The notes under the pieces are model-generated. The model was not told the origin of the DNA. It made no database searches and saw nothing but the letters and a program-made list of their open reading frames with translations. Of a DNA stretch of 58,281 bases, positions 13,240 through 27,117 are shown piece after piece. The position numbers and the translations under genes are program-made. The stretch spans positions 1 to 58,281 of the forward strand of contig KZ538619.1 of NCBI GenBank assembly GCA_000934665.2, read 5' to 3'. The stretch comes from Catajapyx aquilonaris. Taxonomy: Eukaryota. Every line of letters starts with the position of its first letter. Position 1 is the stretch's first letter.

Positions 13240-14010
13240 TCATACACCTGATGATGCACCAACACACAGCCCAAACCCAGCAGAATATGGCAAAGGAAAA
13301 CTAAGGAGAGAAAAAACAAGGTGACATATTGAACTTCGATGCATCTATTTAGGAATTTAAGAGCACTTTTTAAATAAATATGATTTGGCTGAGTTCTCAC
13401 TATTGGTTCAATCGGTCACTATCGGTCCGCCTTTCCAGATATCCCATTACCACTGAGGCACTGACCACAATAAGTTTCACGGAAATGTACTTGCGTGACA
13501 TAGGGTGGTTTCTAAACCGTTATACCAAGAAGCCATCATTGATTTAAATAAATTATTAGATTTATCGCTTATAGGGGTGCAAAAAGTTATCATGCAAGGT
13601 TCCACAAGCATCACTTAGGCCAGTTGCAGGATTGAGAGCAAACCAGAAACAAGTAGTTGATCCTAGTTATTCTCTGTTTATAACAATTCAATTGGTAAAT
13701 TTTTCATTTTACTGGTAGTTAGCAATACAGCTGTCAGCAACTAGCAACCATGCTCACTCACAAGAAAGTTTATGGGAGAATCCTGACTAGAACAAGCAGG
13801 CTCCTATAGCAGAGACTATGTGGGGGACGAAAAGCCACCTAATATTTGAAGCAATGAAAAAGGATCAATCACTTGTTCTGAATTTTTACTCTTAATCCCA
13901 TAACCACCTTTAAACTGAAGAGAAGTTAAAGTCTGATTGCACTACCTCCGTAGAACATTTTTTGTGGGGCTGGCAGAGAGCCAGAAAAGTTTATTATAGG
14001 CCTTGTCAAT

Positions 14011-14139
14011 GAGTACGTAACTCAGCCGCTGCCGAAGCGAAACAAAAGAGTAGGCCTAACATTAAAATAACAATAAAATATTATTATTTTGTTACTCTTT
14101 TGTTTTGCTGCGGCAGCAGCTGAGGTTAGCAATGTACTC
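14011..14139. mobile_element. 129-bp hairpin MITE (GAG..CTC ends, AAT TSD)
   Basis: TIRs gagtac..cagccgctgccg..caaaagagta; the paralogous site at about 2378 is empty. Confidence 0.75.
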
Positions 14140-14291
14140 AATAGTTGATAATAAATATCAAACTTTTCTATCCCTTTTCCAGCCAAAAAATGTTTTATGG
14201 AGCTGGTGAATAAGTCAAACCTAAATCAACGAACTTATTCTGGTTAATCAAATTTCTTGCCCAACCTAAAACACCCAGTAGAATGAATCGA

Positions 14292-15243
14292 TGATTTTGA
14301 AAAGGGCAAGATTCCACTAACTCTTTTTTTTCAGGACACAAGAAAAACTGAATATTATTTAAATGGTGCTCTCTATCAAAAATGTAAAATAGCAGTTTTA
14401 TTGTGAAAGTCACAGTGCATTACACCACACTCACTTGTTACCCACCCATCGCTTCACATTGTTGCAATATGGAATTCAAATTGTTGGAATAATACAACAA
14501 CAACAACAACAACATCACGACATTTCCCTATGAGGGGTAGTCAGCGATGAAGGGAGACGCAAGCCAACCCAACATATGAACTAATAAAACTCATGAGAAT
14601 AAACCTAAAAACAACCCGTCCCACCCCCCACCCCTGCCCACCTCAGACATCACCTTATCCTCAGACATATTTACCTATTTACCCATTAATTAACCTACGC
14701 CATTTACACCTATCCAAACAAACAACCCTAGCCTCAGCCACGTCCATGGTCCTATTGACACATGAACGTCTAGGCTTAACACTAGCAACACCCTTAAGAC
14801 ACTGACCCACCTGGTCCAACCATAATATAGAGTAATAGGTGCCACAAGTAAGTTTTCTAGAAATAAGGACTTATCTTCTGCCTGTAGGTTGTCTGTCTAT
14901 TCTCACGTTATTGTTCCTTCACTTATGTATGGTAGTGAAGCGTGGGTTTGGTCAGATAGGCATAAGAGTAGGGTGTTGGCTACAGAGATGCGTTATCTCC
15001 GGGCTGTTTGTGGGGTTACCAAGTTCGATAGGATTAGGAATGAGGAGATTTTGGAGAGGTGTAAGGTTAAGGAGACTGTTAAGGATAAGGTGTGTAGGTC
15101 TACTCTAAGGTGGTTTGGCCATGTGGAGAGGATGAAGGAGGAGGAGATTGTGAAGAAGGTTTATTTGGGTGGAGTAGTTGGTAAGAGGGACAAGGGTAGG
15201 CCTAGGAAGACATGGTTGGAATAATGCCCTTTTCAAAATCACT
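14292..15243. mobile_element. Short-TIR DNA element hosting the RTE insertion
   Basis: tgattttgaaaagggca..attcca versus tggaat..tgcccttttcaaaatcactg. Confidence 0.55.
14494..15214 (-). mobile_element. RTE-clade LINE 3' fragment with an inverted 5' part
   Basis: (AAC)n tail at left; minus-strand ORF end WLDQVGQC..DRCKWRRLING*; plus-strand piece ..LMYGSEAW..LRWFGHVERM..GRPRKTWL; 11-bp TSD gttggaataat. Confidence 0.9.
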
Positions 15244-15299
15244 GTACAATGCATATGTACAGTAGTTGTATATTGTGTAGGCCTACATATTATTTGATT

Positions 15300-15584
15300 T
15301 CCGCCTGGGAGTTACCTTTCGCCTGCGTCAGGAGGGTCTCTGACCTGCACCAAGGAGGTGTCTGGCAACCTAACCTCCTGGGGAACACAGCACATGACCC
15401 CTTTACCGACATTGCACTTGCACCCATGTTCCCTCCCAAAAAAATCCCAATCCTTACCCAATGTCCTTGTTTCCCTGCACTGCACTGGAGTGAAGTACTG
15501 ATGTTAACTTAGAAAATTGAGGAAAAATGGTGGTGTACCACCCCCCTGTAGAACCCATAAGGGTCATCACGGGGTACAATAAAA

Positions 15585-15641
<57 letters not shown>

Positions 15642-15677
15642 CAACAATAACAATAGTAATAGTAATAATAATAATAA
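15300..15677 (+). mobile_element. 5'-truncated SINE of the family seen at 30156-30514, with (AAT)n tail
   Basis: Shares the body acctttcgc.tgcgtca..aaggagg..tgcacttgcac..ttccctccc..ccttacccaat..catcac.gggta. Confidence 0.7.
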
Positions 15678-16007
15678 GGGGAGGCGAAGTGGCGCAACGG
15701 TAACGTTCGCGCCCACGGATGTTAAGGACCCGCTCCCGGGTTCGATCCCGGCCCGGGGACACCCCCTTCATCTCGTGCAGAGTAAAGTGTCGTCTCTGAC
15801 TTCGTCTCGGGTGGAATATCCACAGACTAATCCACTCGGGGGAGCTCCCAAAACGACCACATGCGGACAAGGCACTGCACTTGCACATCCCCTCCTGTCA
15901 TCCCTTCCTGCCCGTGGGCCCGGGCGCTGTACAAATAGGAGCCAAAATTGTATTCTGACAAATTAGTAAAGGTCCGGCAAGACCCCAATAGGGGTACGCC
16001 TATACCC

Positions 16008-16068
<61 letters not shown>
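15678..16068 (+). mobile_element. tRNA-derived SINE with (AAT)n tail
   Basis: Head ggggaggc..gtggcgcaacgg (A box), ggttcgatccc (B box); long AAT tail. Confidence 0.8.
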
Positions 16069-17621
16069 TGATTTGAAATGTACTCGTACAAACATGAGAT
16101 GAACACAGTGTTATCAGTCTTCTTTTTCAGAGGCACTTTCTTTCTCCTCAGCAAATAGCACTAAGGTTTCCAGGAGGATTCACTAGGAAAGACTGAAAAT
16201 ATCTCATGCATGTTACCTTCTCTGCACAAAAATGACCACCTCCGTGTGAGGGCGGCTTCCCAAGCACCAGGTAGGCTATATTCTCCCGAAACAACGTGTA
16301 TTTTCGCAGAGAACAGAAAATCCCTTCTAATACTGTTCATTCCTCGAGTCACAATGACAATGTAAACAAGCAGGATGCCACTGACCTGCAGCTCTGACCA
16401 GTTGCTAAGGTAAGCCAGATTGTTGTCACAACGCTCATTGCCAACTTTGTCACCATGGTGAATGAGGTTTATAAACTGATCGAGCCGATCAGAGAAGTGG
16501 TGCCAAACTCACAAGTCACAATGACATTATCTGATGATACATGCGTGTTTCCCAGAATTGGTAGGCCGACAGTGGTGAACCACTGATTCTACCCACCTAA
16601 AAGCATTATTCCAACATCACTTACAGTATGCCTACATGTACTGTAGGCTACCCCCACATTCTGATGAGAAACATCCTCTCAACCTACACAATGATATATT
16701 TAAATTCATTACTTATTTATTTATGATTTATGATATCTCGACTCCCTGAATCTGTTTTGTCTATTTTCACCAATTGTGGCCTACCCACTTGATATTTTTA
16801 GCCAATATTCTGCTGACTCAGGTAGGGATCAGCCCTGCATCCAAGATTCAACTGATTCATAATTTTTAATTTCAGTATTTATGTGAGTATATCAGCCAAT
16901 CACATGCCAGCCAACTCTCCTCACATAATTTTTATAACATGACCGAAGGAAAGGTCTCGCAAATCTATGGAATTATGCCGTGACACATGCCCCTGAGCCA
17001 ACCATAACCTCTTTTCTGACCCATAGCCTTTTGATAACATTTAGTACAATCACAATACACGTATAACTAACCAGTGGATATGAATGTAGAGATTTCTTTT
17101 ATCCTTCTTCATCATCTGCCATTCATGTGTACACCAGAGGGACCTGCAACTGGTGCATGGAGACAACTACTTCGAAGCATCAGCAAATTGCTATCTCTGC
17201 CCAGATGCAAAGTGGGTGCATCACCTCTATGATAAGCTGGTTTCTCAGTGGTATGGCAAAGATCAAGGAGAAAGTGTGATGCACAAGTTTAATGATATGG
17301 TAATAGGTGGGAAAACATTTGTGGTGTAAATCAGCTCAAAAGACAGCCCCATTTGGTTTTTTTTTTCCCATCTACATTTCTAGACATGCATTTCATACAT
17401 TATCAAAGTGCACGGGAGCAGGGAAGTGAAATGTTGACCCCCAAGACAAAGGTTAAGGCCATGTCCTGGAATAAATAATAATTTTAAATTACTGGGTATA
17501 ACCAGATTTACTCCCTATTCATTCTGTACTTAGCAACCAGGCCGGTGTCAAATGTTCATGACAGCACAAGTGCAATCATTACCAGCAAAACCAATTCAGG
17601 CTCCTCTCAAAGGTTACTTAA

Positions 17622-18065
17622 CCCTTAACTACATAGGTGGAGCCTGAGAGGCTCCAAAGGTATATTTAAATTTCTGCTTATCAGCTAAATTGTTATATTG
17701 GACTTTTCACATACAGAAAGTGAAGTTCAGATCATTAGGCTTCCGAAAACGAAAAAATTACACACTGAGTCAGCATATTCCGACAGGGAAAAATTCTTAA
17801 TTAAAAGGTTACATCATGCTTGAGCCGCTCAGGCTTCACCTACGAGATATAGAGCCTGAGCAGTTCCAGGAGGGACCTGTTCCTCGTTACGAATTTTTTT
17901 AAACCAAACAATAGGGACTTTAAAAAAAATTCTTTCCTTTTCATGCTTAGGAAGATTTTTCTGACAAAGTCACGGAAGGCCAGGGGAAAATAAAATTCAA
18001 TGAAAAAGTTACGTGCGTTTAAATAGTGCTTGGAGCCTCTCAGGCTCCACCTATGTAGTTAAGGG
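17622..18065. mobile_element. piggyBac-like MITE
   Basis: TTAA-CCC...GGG-TTAA with a perfect 36-bp TIR cccttaactacataggtggagcctgagaggctccaa. Confidence 0.9.
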
Positions 18066-18839
18066 TTAATAAAAAGTGAATAATACTACTTTATTATTAT
18101 TATTATTATTATTATTTAGAAAGCTGTTATTGTACTAAAATTGTGATAACAATCAGCCAGGTAGCTGTTATTCCCATTCCAAATAGCCTGGATGGCCAAG
18201 TGGCCTGGGATGCCCCAGCTGACAGGGTGAGCCATATTTTCAGTACTCATTACGTGTTACATGGGTATCTACTCAACATTATAGTGGAAGTCAGGCAGAG
18301 ACATTCCCCAAGAACTAATCACACATGGTTGATTCTCATGGTAACTCGGCCTCGACTTCTGCTGTGAACTTTGACATACATGTACATTGTACAGCCTACA
18401 TAAATACTGAAATAGTCTTCATTGACATGTAATTGGAATACATGAGGATACATGAGGGTGAACACTTAGCTTGGCATACACTGCAGAAAGGTTTCATTCT
18501 GCATGAATGACGAGTAGTGCCCCTGAAATAGTACACTATTGCATATAGCGCATTGTCCGTGAAATATTGACCTTGTTGTGTTAGCACCAGGCAGTACATG
18601 AAGACACTGGCAGTCTTTGTAGCTCAATCACTGAAACTTCACTGAATGTACTACTTCATTGCCTCCCAATGGCAAATCCTTGGTCTTTTGTAAGTGTGTG
18701 TAGAACAAGTAGAGGGTGAGAAATACAAACAACTCTTTCACATTATTTTGTATAGCAAATTATTACATAATCCCTCACCTAAAAAATGCAAAATGATCTG
18801 CAAAAATCAGATTTCACCAAGGTGATCTATATTATCTAA

Positions 18840-19330
18840 ATAAGAACGGACTCCTGGATTAGCCAATCCTGCTCAGATGGATTAATGGATAGCCTGATTC
18901 ATGGTCTTAGAATACTAAGGTCTGGTCACTCCCCCTTATCGCCTGCCAGGGGCGTTTTGCATGAGGTGCTCACCTGAGAGCCCCATGAGACAGCTTTCAC
19001 TGCTACAATATGTGGCGACCATACCGGACCACGCTGAACTTAATAGGTACAAAAGGGAAGTGCTGCATTGGGGGACCCAACATGGTCACCAGTATGGTCG
19101 CCACATAATATAGCAGTGAAATGTCTCATGACGCTCTCAAGTGAGCACCTCATACAAAACACCCCATCAGGCGATAAGATTGTAGGGGTAGTGTCCGGGG
19201 GCTGGCCTGATTAATCATCTAACTCACAAGATTGTCAATGTTTGGATCGTGAGTTACCTATCTCCCAGGATTTGGGAGAACCAATTATGCCACAAAAAAT
19301 GGATTAGTTAATCTCAGTGTCTATTCATAA
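18840..19330. mobile_element. Degenerate foldback MITE (inner hairpin about 18934-19178)
   Basis: cttatcgcctg..tgaggtgctcac.tgagagc..catgagaca / tgtctcatg..gctctca.gtgagcacctca..caggcgataag. Confidence 0.6.
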
Positions 19331-21133
19331 GTTAGAGACCTCTTCTGGCCACAAAGCCATATGAATTTCACAAATTAAGAGGCTTTGCCACCAACATTAC
19401 AATTCATGGTGCATTAACCTTGCCTGAAACTTGCAGCTACTTTTCACATAGCACCAAAACTTTCAGCACAGCCAAGAAAAAAGGAGTGATATAGCACCAA
19501 CTCTATTATAACCTACATTCGTAATTGCAGGTAAAAAACATGCAACATGACATGTTCCCCAAGTACCCATCATTTTGCACTTTGAAGAACATGATATCAC
19601 CCTTGAAAGGTCAAAAAAGGAAGTGGAGACCCTGGGGCATGCACTGGAGGCAGGAAAAAACCAACAGCACCTTCCATCTTTCCTCTTGTTTTACATCAGT
19701 TGTTCAACATGTTTTGTCAGTCGTCTAACACACAATCACACTTCCCTTCTCACAGACCCTAGGAATCCCAAAGCTGGGCCAAAACAGCTTACCAATAACA
19801 TGCAAAACAGGATGCTGCAAGGATTTGCAGCAGAACAACAGACATCTCGAGAGATTATAAAATGATATATATTTTCGTTTTTTTTTTTTTTTTGGACATC
19901 CTTGCCAACAAGGTGGGTGCACACGTCTGAGCTGATCTGCACCTTGGCAAGAAACACTAAATTTTCCCCCCAGTAACACAATAAGTGAAGCTAACACATA
20001 ACCTTCAGTACTTCTTCAGCAAGAAATCTGGTCTCTTCAGTTATTAACACTTTTGCCACTGGCACTTCAATGCTGCTGCCTTTTGGCCATTCCAGGCACA
20101 TTAAGTGAGTGCCTACACTTGAGTCTGGTCCCCAAAGTGTTAATAACTGCTTACAAAATTTTTGCAGAATACCAGTAGCTTTACACATGAATTTAGACAA
20201 CTTCATATTGCCTGTGATGGCATACCATGACATGACCATGTAGCTGCTTTGAAAACGTCCTAATAACATTGCATCTGACTAATCGTAAACTCCTTCCAAT
20301 GCCAGACAAGTGGCAAAGACCACACTTGCATGTGGGATGGCACTATTCAAGCAGGTCCAAGTTGCAATTACATTTTTGGGGGTGAGACTTCCCAACTCTG
20401 ACCACGTAAATGCACTGAAGATATTATCATCCACCACATCCCACTCTTCATGGATGCAACTTTAGGCAATATATACACATTGTATGAAATAACCTGCACA
20501 ACGGTTTTCAGATTGGAATATAATATTATGTACACTGCTGCATTATATAATACAACTGATGTATGTGCAGTGGGCAATTTTGTTTACCTCATACTGCATT
20601 CCACAATGCAAAAAATATTGACATGGAAGCAGTGCATGATAAAGAAATCATCACTTTCTCTGAAATTACACAACATTCCCCCATCTCATGATTTTTGGGA
20701 AAAAAAGAAAAAAAAGTTTGTTAAAAAGTATCCTTTCATGACAATTGTGCAGCAGCCAAATACAAACCATCAACATTGAAGATGTCACATAAACTCTATC
20801 AAGTCACTGCACAAATATGTGGTTATGTCCCAGGGAAAAGCGGAAAGGTTCCAACAGAGTTGAGAGTGTCACAGAGTGCATGCAATCGGGGGAGGGGAAC
20901 TTGAGTCTGGTGGCAGACACCGATACACAATCCTCTTTCTTTTGCCTTTTTTTCCATAAATTTTTGCTACTTATCCATTAGAAATGGGCGCTGCCTCGGC
21001 AATGAGCAAGATGCAGGTCAGGCTACAACATGACTTCTCAAGACGCACAGCAAGCAATAGTAGAGTGTCACTTGGCTGCTATCAACTACCGACACGAAGC
21101 GACACTGTGATACAAGCAAAGCTCTGTTCAGCC

Positions 21134-21204
21134 TCACTGCTTCTCCCGGATGACCCAGCCGGCGATGGCGTTGCGGGGAGCTCTTCCCATGCGTTGCAGG
21201 CGGC
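21134..21204 (-). CDS. Tmod: Tropomodulin candidate alternative terminal exon C (SRLQRMGRAPRNAIAGWVIREKQ*)
   Basis: CTCCACAG acceptor, phase-1 compatible; CpG/GC-rich patch in an otherwise CpG-poor region. Confidence 0.45.
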
Positions 21205-22483
21205 CTGTGGAGATGTTGGAACATTTGGCTCACAGTGCTGCTGCATTGCTAACTATTCCCTTCTAGCATTCATGCAATGAAACCTTTGCCATCTAGTCTA
21301 GTTTTTAAAATACACAAAAGCATTAACATACTCTTACTTTTCAGGTAATCAGTATGACACTGTTAAGACATCTTAACAAATCATGTTTCTGGCTGCAAAT
21401 AATTCAGATCTATGTCAACAAATGACAGCCAAGGGTCAAAAAATGTTATATCTGATGATGATAATACTGCACAAGGTTTCACTGCACAAACTCATAACTA
21501 ATTTTGTGATTACGACATTGTTGCAAGCAACAAGGAGCCATGCTTATAACTGCATATCTCACTTGCACCTTACATGCCAATGACAAGTTGTAAGATAACA
21601 TGAACAAACTACACTTCCTGTCACCTATTATAACTGGTGTCTGGTATTACAACAAGCACAAGTCAACAGAACACCAGTACAACACACATTCTACCAAAAC
21701 ATTTTGTTTCACTTCCAACACCTCACCAGACATTCGCTGTTTTGTAATCCAAAACTTCAAAAATGTCCACAAAAAGCAAAAAAGAAATGGCTGGTGCAAT
21801 TGCAGGTGATTCAAGTTTCTGGTAGAAATCTACATATATCAATTCTCAAATAATGACATCTGCTACATGTTACTTGCTTATTAGATTTCCCACAAGTTCA
21901 TCCCAATTTTGCTAATCCCCTCTGGGACATGCCACATATGATGTGAGCAACACAACAAGTCCAATGGGATAACAACAATAATAAGTACAGTGTCAATAGG
22001 TGCCCAGTATTTAGATCACATAAATTTACATCGTGCATTAACCACCTAGCCTTCTGTCCTCCTTATATGCAACACATTCACACACTCCTCTCAATTAGAA
22101 AGATGTGACATATCTACTGCACTTCAGTTACCATTTTCTCTACAATAAAACACATTATCTGCAACACTATATTAAATGCAGTAAACTATGGCCTGATGGG
22201 AAAAAAATCAACAAAAAGCAACATGAAAACGCAGAAAAATCAAGCCAGCTGCAGGAGTAAAAATATAAAAACCGTTACATATGTTTACTTGAGCAACCAA
22301 AAACCAGGTACACCCACATAAAACAGGTAGTGAAACCTGATGTCTGTTGTCTGTCTTCCTATTGTCTCAAAGTTTTATGGCCATTGTGTGGTAACAGAAT
22401 TCAGCTCACACTTATAAGAGTGTATATTTTGTGGATGCTCTCCCCTGTGAACCCACCTTCAAGTTCGGAATGAAGTGGAAATG

Positions 22484-22895
22484 TGGTGCAAAAGGTGTGC
22501 ACGTCTTGGATCTAGGTCCCTTGAGATATTTTAAGATTAAATTACTCTCCATGAAGATAATAGCACTTGATATCCCATGGTGTCACTGCTGCTTCCCACT
22601 GGATTGAATGCTTGGGTGGAAGGGATAGGTAAGATTCAGCAGCAGCATCAGACCTCGAAGAAAGTCTTGACCCATTAATTTCTTGATGCGAATACAATAT
22701 GCAACATGGATGCCATGCCATCCTTACCCTTCCCTGTCCAAGCAGTCAAGCCAGCAGAAACTGGCAATGACATCACAGGATTTCAAATGGGATTATCACT
22801 GTCATGAAGTTGAAATCACAAAATCACTAGACTAATTTAGTCTTGAATATCTCAAGGAGCCTAGACCAAAGGAAATAAATACCTTTTGCACCACC
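22484..22895. mobile_element. Old palindromic MITE
   Basis: ggtgcaaaagg..ctaggtcccttgagatatt / aatatctcaaggagcctag..ccttttgcacc. Confidence 0.55.
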
Positions 22896-25797
22896 CTATC
22901 TAGTGATGAAAAGCCCATTACATATGTTCCAATGGTGTATGTAATTCACTGTCACACTTGAAGGTGAAGTGACAAGAGCAACTGGAAGGGAGCGTCAATG
23001 AGATTTACACTGATATGAATGTGAGCTGACTTGTTACACATGCTATATAAATTGACAAGTTGTGAGCAATGCTTGTGAAACAAAGTCTTCCGTAAATATT
23101 GGTGTCATTGTGACTACCACCTTGTTTGCAAGCTAAATTGGTAGGAGGAAGTTTTCCGTCTCCTAATAAGGGAAAAGACACTAAAAACGTACTTGTGGTT
23201 ACACAACCACCTGACTTTTGGGCCATTGTCTGCAAAGTGCTACAAATACATACACTTGGCACGAACTGACAAGGTTTCGACATGTGTCGTGCAAGGCACG
23301 TGCATGATACATGTAAACATGCCAATTTCAGGAACACATATATATTAGACACAACTCTATTTTGCACAATTGCTGTGTATTTAGAATGTTGCGAGTGTTA
23401 AAAGGCAACTCATAATCCCAAGAGGCTCACTCGGAACGTTTTACGTGAAAAGTATTTCCGTAATATGCCCCCCCAAATATAACATTTTTCTCCTAGTGTG
23501 AAATGCCACGTTAATCCACATTTGGTCACACTAAAACTGTGTGGCGTGCATTCTCCGTGGGAAAAGTATGAATTACTGTTCCCATGCCCAGTTGTTCAAC
23601 TTCAAGTAACAACACTCGTTTAAACTCTACACAAGAACTACATTTGCTAAACACTCCCAAGGAATCTGCAATCAGAAATGACGTTACTCCACATACAATT
23701 AGGAATTAGACACAAAGGCACATGCTGCAGTCATTACGTCCAATTGTTTCCCAATCGCCTAGGTGAACTCAAATGTTAGCAATACAGTCCATCGAGGACA
23801 ACACTACATTTCCTACTGCATCACAGGTTAACATTAGTGTTTCTGTTGTACTGTTCAAAGATAGTGTAGACTGATACTGAAATGTTGCAACATTCTAGCA
23901 CTGTAGGTCCACCAATTTTCAGATTTGCATTAATTGTCACAGTTAGTGTCATTAACAAAAACAATCAAATGAATGCTAGGGATTATCCCACAACCTGGGG
24001 CAAGTCCAGGTTGGGGCATTTTTTTTACCCTTCATAAATGTGAGCTCCAATTGCTGGGTTTGATTGAACAGCACAATTTCTACTGCTTTCAACTGCAGAA
24101 ACAATAAGTCTCTTCTAGGGTGAGGCAGGCTACTGGAATATCTCCCTACTGCACACTCTTTAGTGGCACACCAAGATACACCCAGCGCAGCAAGTGGAGG
24201 AATTTGTTCAGTTTAGAGACACATTGGAGCGCAGAGGACGATACGCATGGACATGTATGAACCGCACGAACAGCAAGGCACATTTACCTTTCCTGCATGG
24301 GTATTATGCACCTCGGCCCACTTCCTCTCGTACCGATTGCACCTCTTCCTTGGGAGTGTGCTTGACGCACCGAATTTCAAGGTCGATCAATATTTGTGTG
24401 CGCGTGTCTGTTCTGTCCTGACCCCTTGCTTTAGCGTTAGTTTGTTTTTGCGTGCCTCTCTGGAAAAACAAACACTCGAGTCACTGCGAAGGACTTCACA
24501 GAAGTGTATGACCTTTTTTTATCGATCTTGAAAAAAAATCCCTGCGCGCCTGCACTCCTCTCCTTCCTCTTGGTGTGCAATGGGAGGCTGCACCTGCACA
24601 GTGAACTCAAATGTATCCCTAACTGTTTCAAGTGAACTTGATGTTTTTGTGGAATTTAGTATTTCCATCACTTTTGTGTTACTGCGGTGAGGTGACCCAA
24701 ATTCCTAGTGCACACCAAACTTGTGGGTGCAGCAAGCCATGCAGTCAAAATGCTTGCTCTTGCATTAGGGAATTTAATGCTGCTGCAGCACACAAACTCT
24801 CCACACTGCAGTGTGTAAGCATATACACAATTATCCTTTTGAAATTGGCATATTTTAGTAGCATATGTAGATGAAACCACACTTTGCAGAACTTGCACTT
24901 GATGACCCACATTGGCCTCAGTGTCACACATTGCTGGTGTTAACAAAGCATGAGGCTCAAACAGTACTAAAGCAAAATTCTCCTTCTGCCTGAAGCCCTT
25001 CCATGCTCACTGGAATGACTGAATTGCACTTATGCCTGGAACAGTTCAAAGTAGTGCAGCTTCACATTGTCTGATTGAAGTAAAATGACCGAAATGCCTG
25101 CCAAGATGTTGCAATTAATGCTTATCATAATCCCTTTAACTGAAATGTTTAGTTTCTCATTACAGCCATTCGAGTAGGCCACAGCTGCCATGACACATAC
25201 GAAGATACACTTTGATGAAACTGTCCTTCCTTAATCAGTACCTAACCAGACTCTGTTGAGGAACAGAAACTGCTAGAAACATGAAAGAATGACCATGAAA
25301 ATTAATTATGGGCATTCACATACAATGACCCCTTTGGACTGTACGTAATTATCACATTATTACCCAGCATTAATCAACCAAACTGCATGCACTCAATATC
25401 TAATCATCATTCATAAAGTATACTTGAAGTTGCTAAACCTAACAAGCCTAAGTTAATATTTCCACAGGATGTTTAAGTTTTCTCTAGTCTACAATTCAAC
25501 ATGAAAATTCCTCTAGGTAATTTGAGGAGAAGTCAAGTTCTACTATTTCACAGCAGCATTTCATATGACCTGATCATCTTGGTCGGACAGTACAACACTA
25601 TGTAGAGCACAAAAAAGGACAGCTAACACATACACACTTACATAGCCAAAACTCTACACTCAAGGTTGTAATACATCTCTCTCCTCTCCAGACAGCACTG
25701 CACTGTGCCTTATAATTTCCAGAGAAGATTGTAAATAAAGCATGCAAGTTAGACTACAAAAGGGTGAAAAAAATGCTACTACCTAGTGGACAGCACA

Positions 25798-25832
25798 CTA
25801 CGTGCTTGACGATGCAATCCGTTTCACCCGTA
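25798..25832 (-). CDS. Tmod: Tropomodulin terminal exon B (IRVKRIASSST*)
   Basis: Acceptor TTTTTCCTCTGCTTTACAG; gives RNLDRIRVKR, resembling the insect Tmod C-terminal helix. Confidence 0.7.
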
Positions 25833-27117
25833 CTGTAAAGCAGAGGAAAAAGTTAATTGAGTTTGTGTTCATGCACAAGCGTTTCCTAACTGGAATGGCC
25901 TTTGAAACAACTAATTTGATTGGCATAACATATGCTCCAAGTACTTCGCATTATTTTTGGCCACCAAGAAATTGTCTGGTTTACTTCCAGTTATAGAAAC
26001 ACCATTATGCATGCCATTTGATTAATTTTCATGAACACCATGCAATTAACAAAGGAATGTTAATTGCACACAAATTCAACTTGGTTAGCCTAAAAATACA
26101 CAAAACATATTAATACTGCACTACCAGGGCAGTTTGCATTCTCAGCAACCATTTGGGAATTTTCAAACTGTTACCAAACACACGTTCATGCCTATTGAAT
26201 TTCTTATTGGTATGTTCCAGCTTGTATTTTCACACAAACTATAACCATTCTTTAGGTAACAAGTGACAGAGCAAAGAGAGTAAACCCTCATCACTTCACC
26301 AAAGACGTACCACTGCAACAGCTTAAGTTCGGCTTCCTGCCACTGGTCACCTAATTATATTTTCATCAAGCATTGCAAATGACACAGGTCATAAAGCCTG
26401 CCCCTTGTAAAAACTTGTTCACATAATATGTGCATAATATCTGCAACTTGATGGAGCACTCCACAACGTTAAGTTTCATCTACAACCTAACAAACTCCAC
26501 AATTCTACCTAGAGTTTTTCAGACATAAACAATGTAATGCACTGGTGCTGAAACTTCACTGATTCTGTAGTGATCAGGTTGTCGTGTTTTGGTGAGTCTG
26601 TTAGGGTGTTAATATCCGAGGTGTGCAAAATCATATCATGAGCTTTGTGTGAGACCCATGCCCTAGTGCTCTTTGAACGATGAATAGCAATACCTTTTAT
26701 TTTATCATGTTTTTCCTGCGAAGGTTGTTAAAGAATCGGCAGCCCAGTCGAAGTGTTATATCTTTCCGTACTGTAGAAATGGAAAGTGTTCGGGTGTAGT
26801 GTACCGGTTGCTTTGACGTCATATACCTTCATGTCATGGCAAGCAAAACCTCTACTTAAAGCATACAAGTCTTCCATTGTGTGTAAAAATATGAACAAAA
26901 AATCAAGAAAAAAAAAACTACAGAGAGGAGCAGCAGGAGAGGGTGCGTCCAAATACACTTCTCTGGAGTCACAGCTAAAAATATAGGGGGCACAAACACA
27001 CCACAACACAATTGACCTTTTCCTCCATGGGTGGGAGGAGATCTACTCACATCCCCAAGAGAGGGAGTGTTGCAACAATGCTTTCACTGACTGTGTGTTG
27101 GGGGGGGAGGGGAGCAT

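Noticed and set aside
15454..16154. Poly-Ile/poly-Tyr ORFs
   Set aside because: Translations of (AAT)n SINE tails.
19990..20480. Possible decayed transposon ORF (YAITG, Cys-rich patch)
   Set aside because: Motifs too degenerate to assign.
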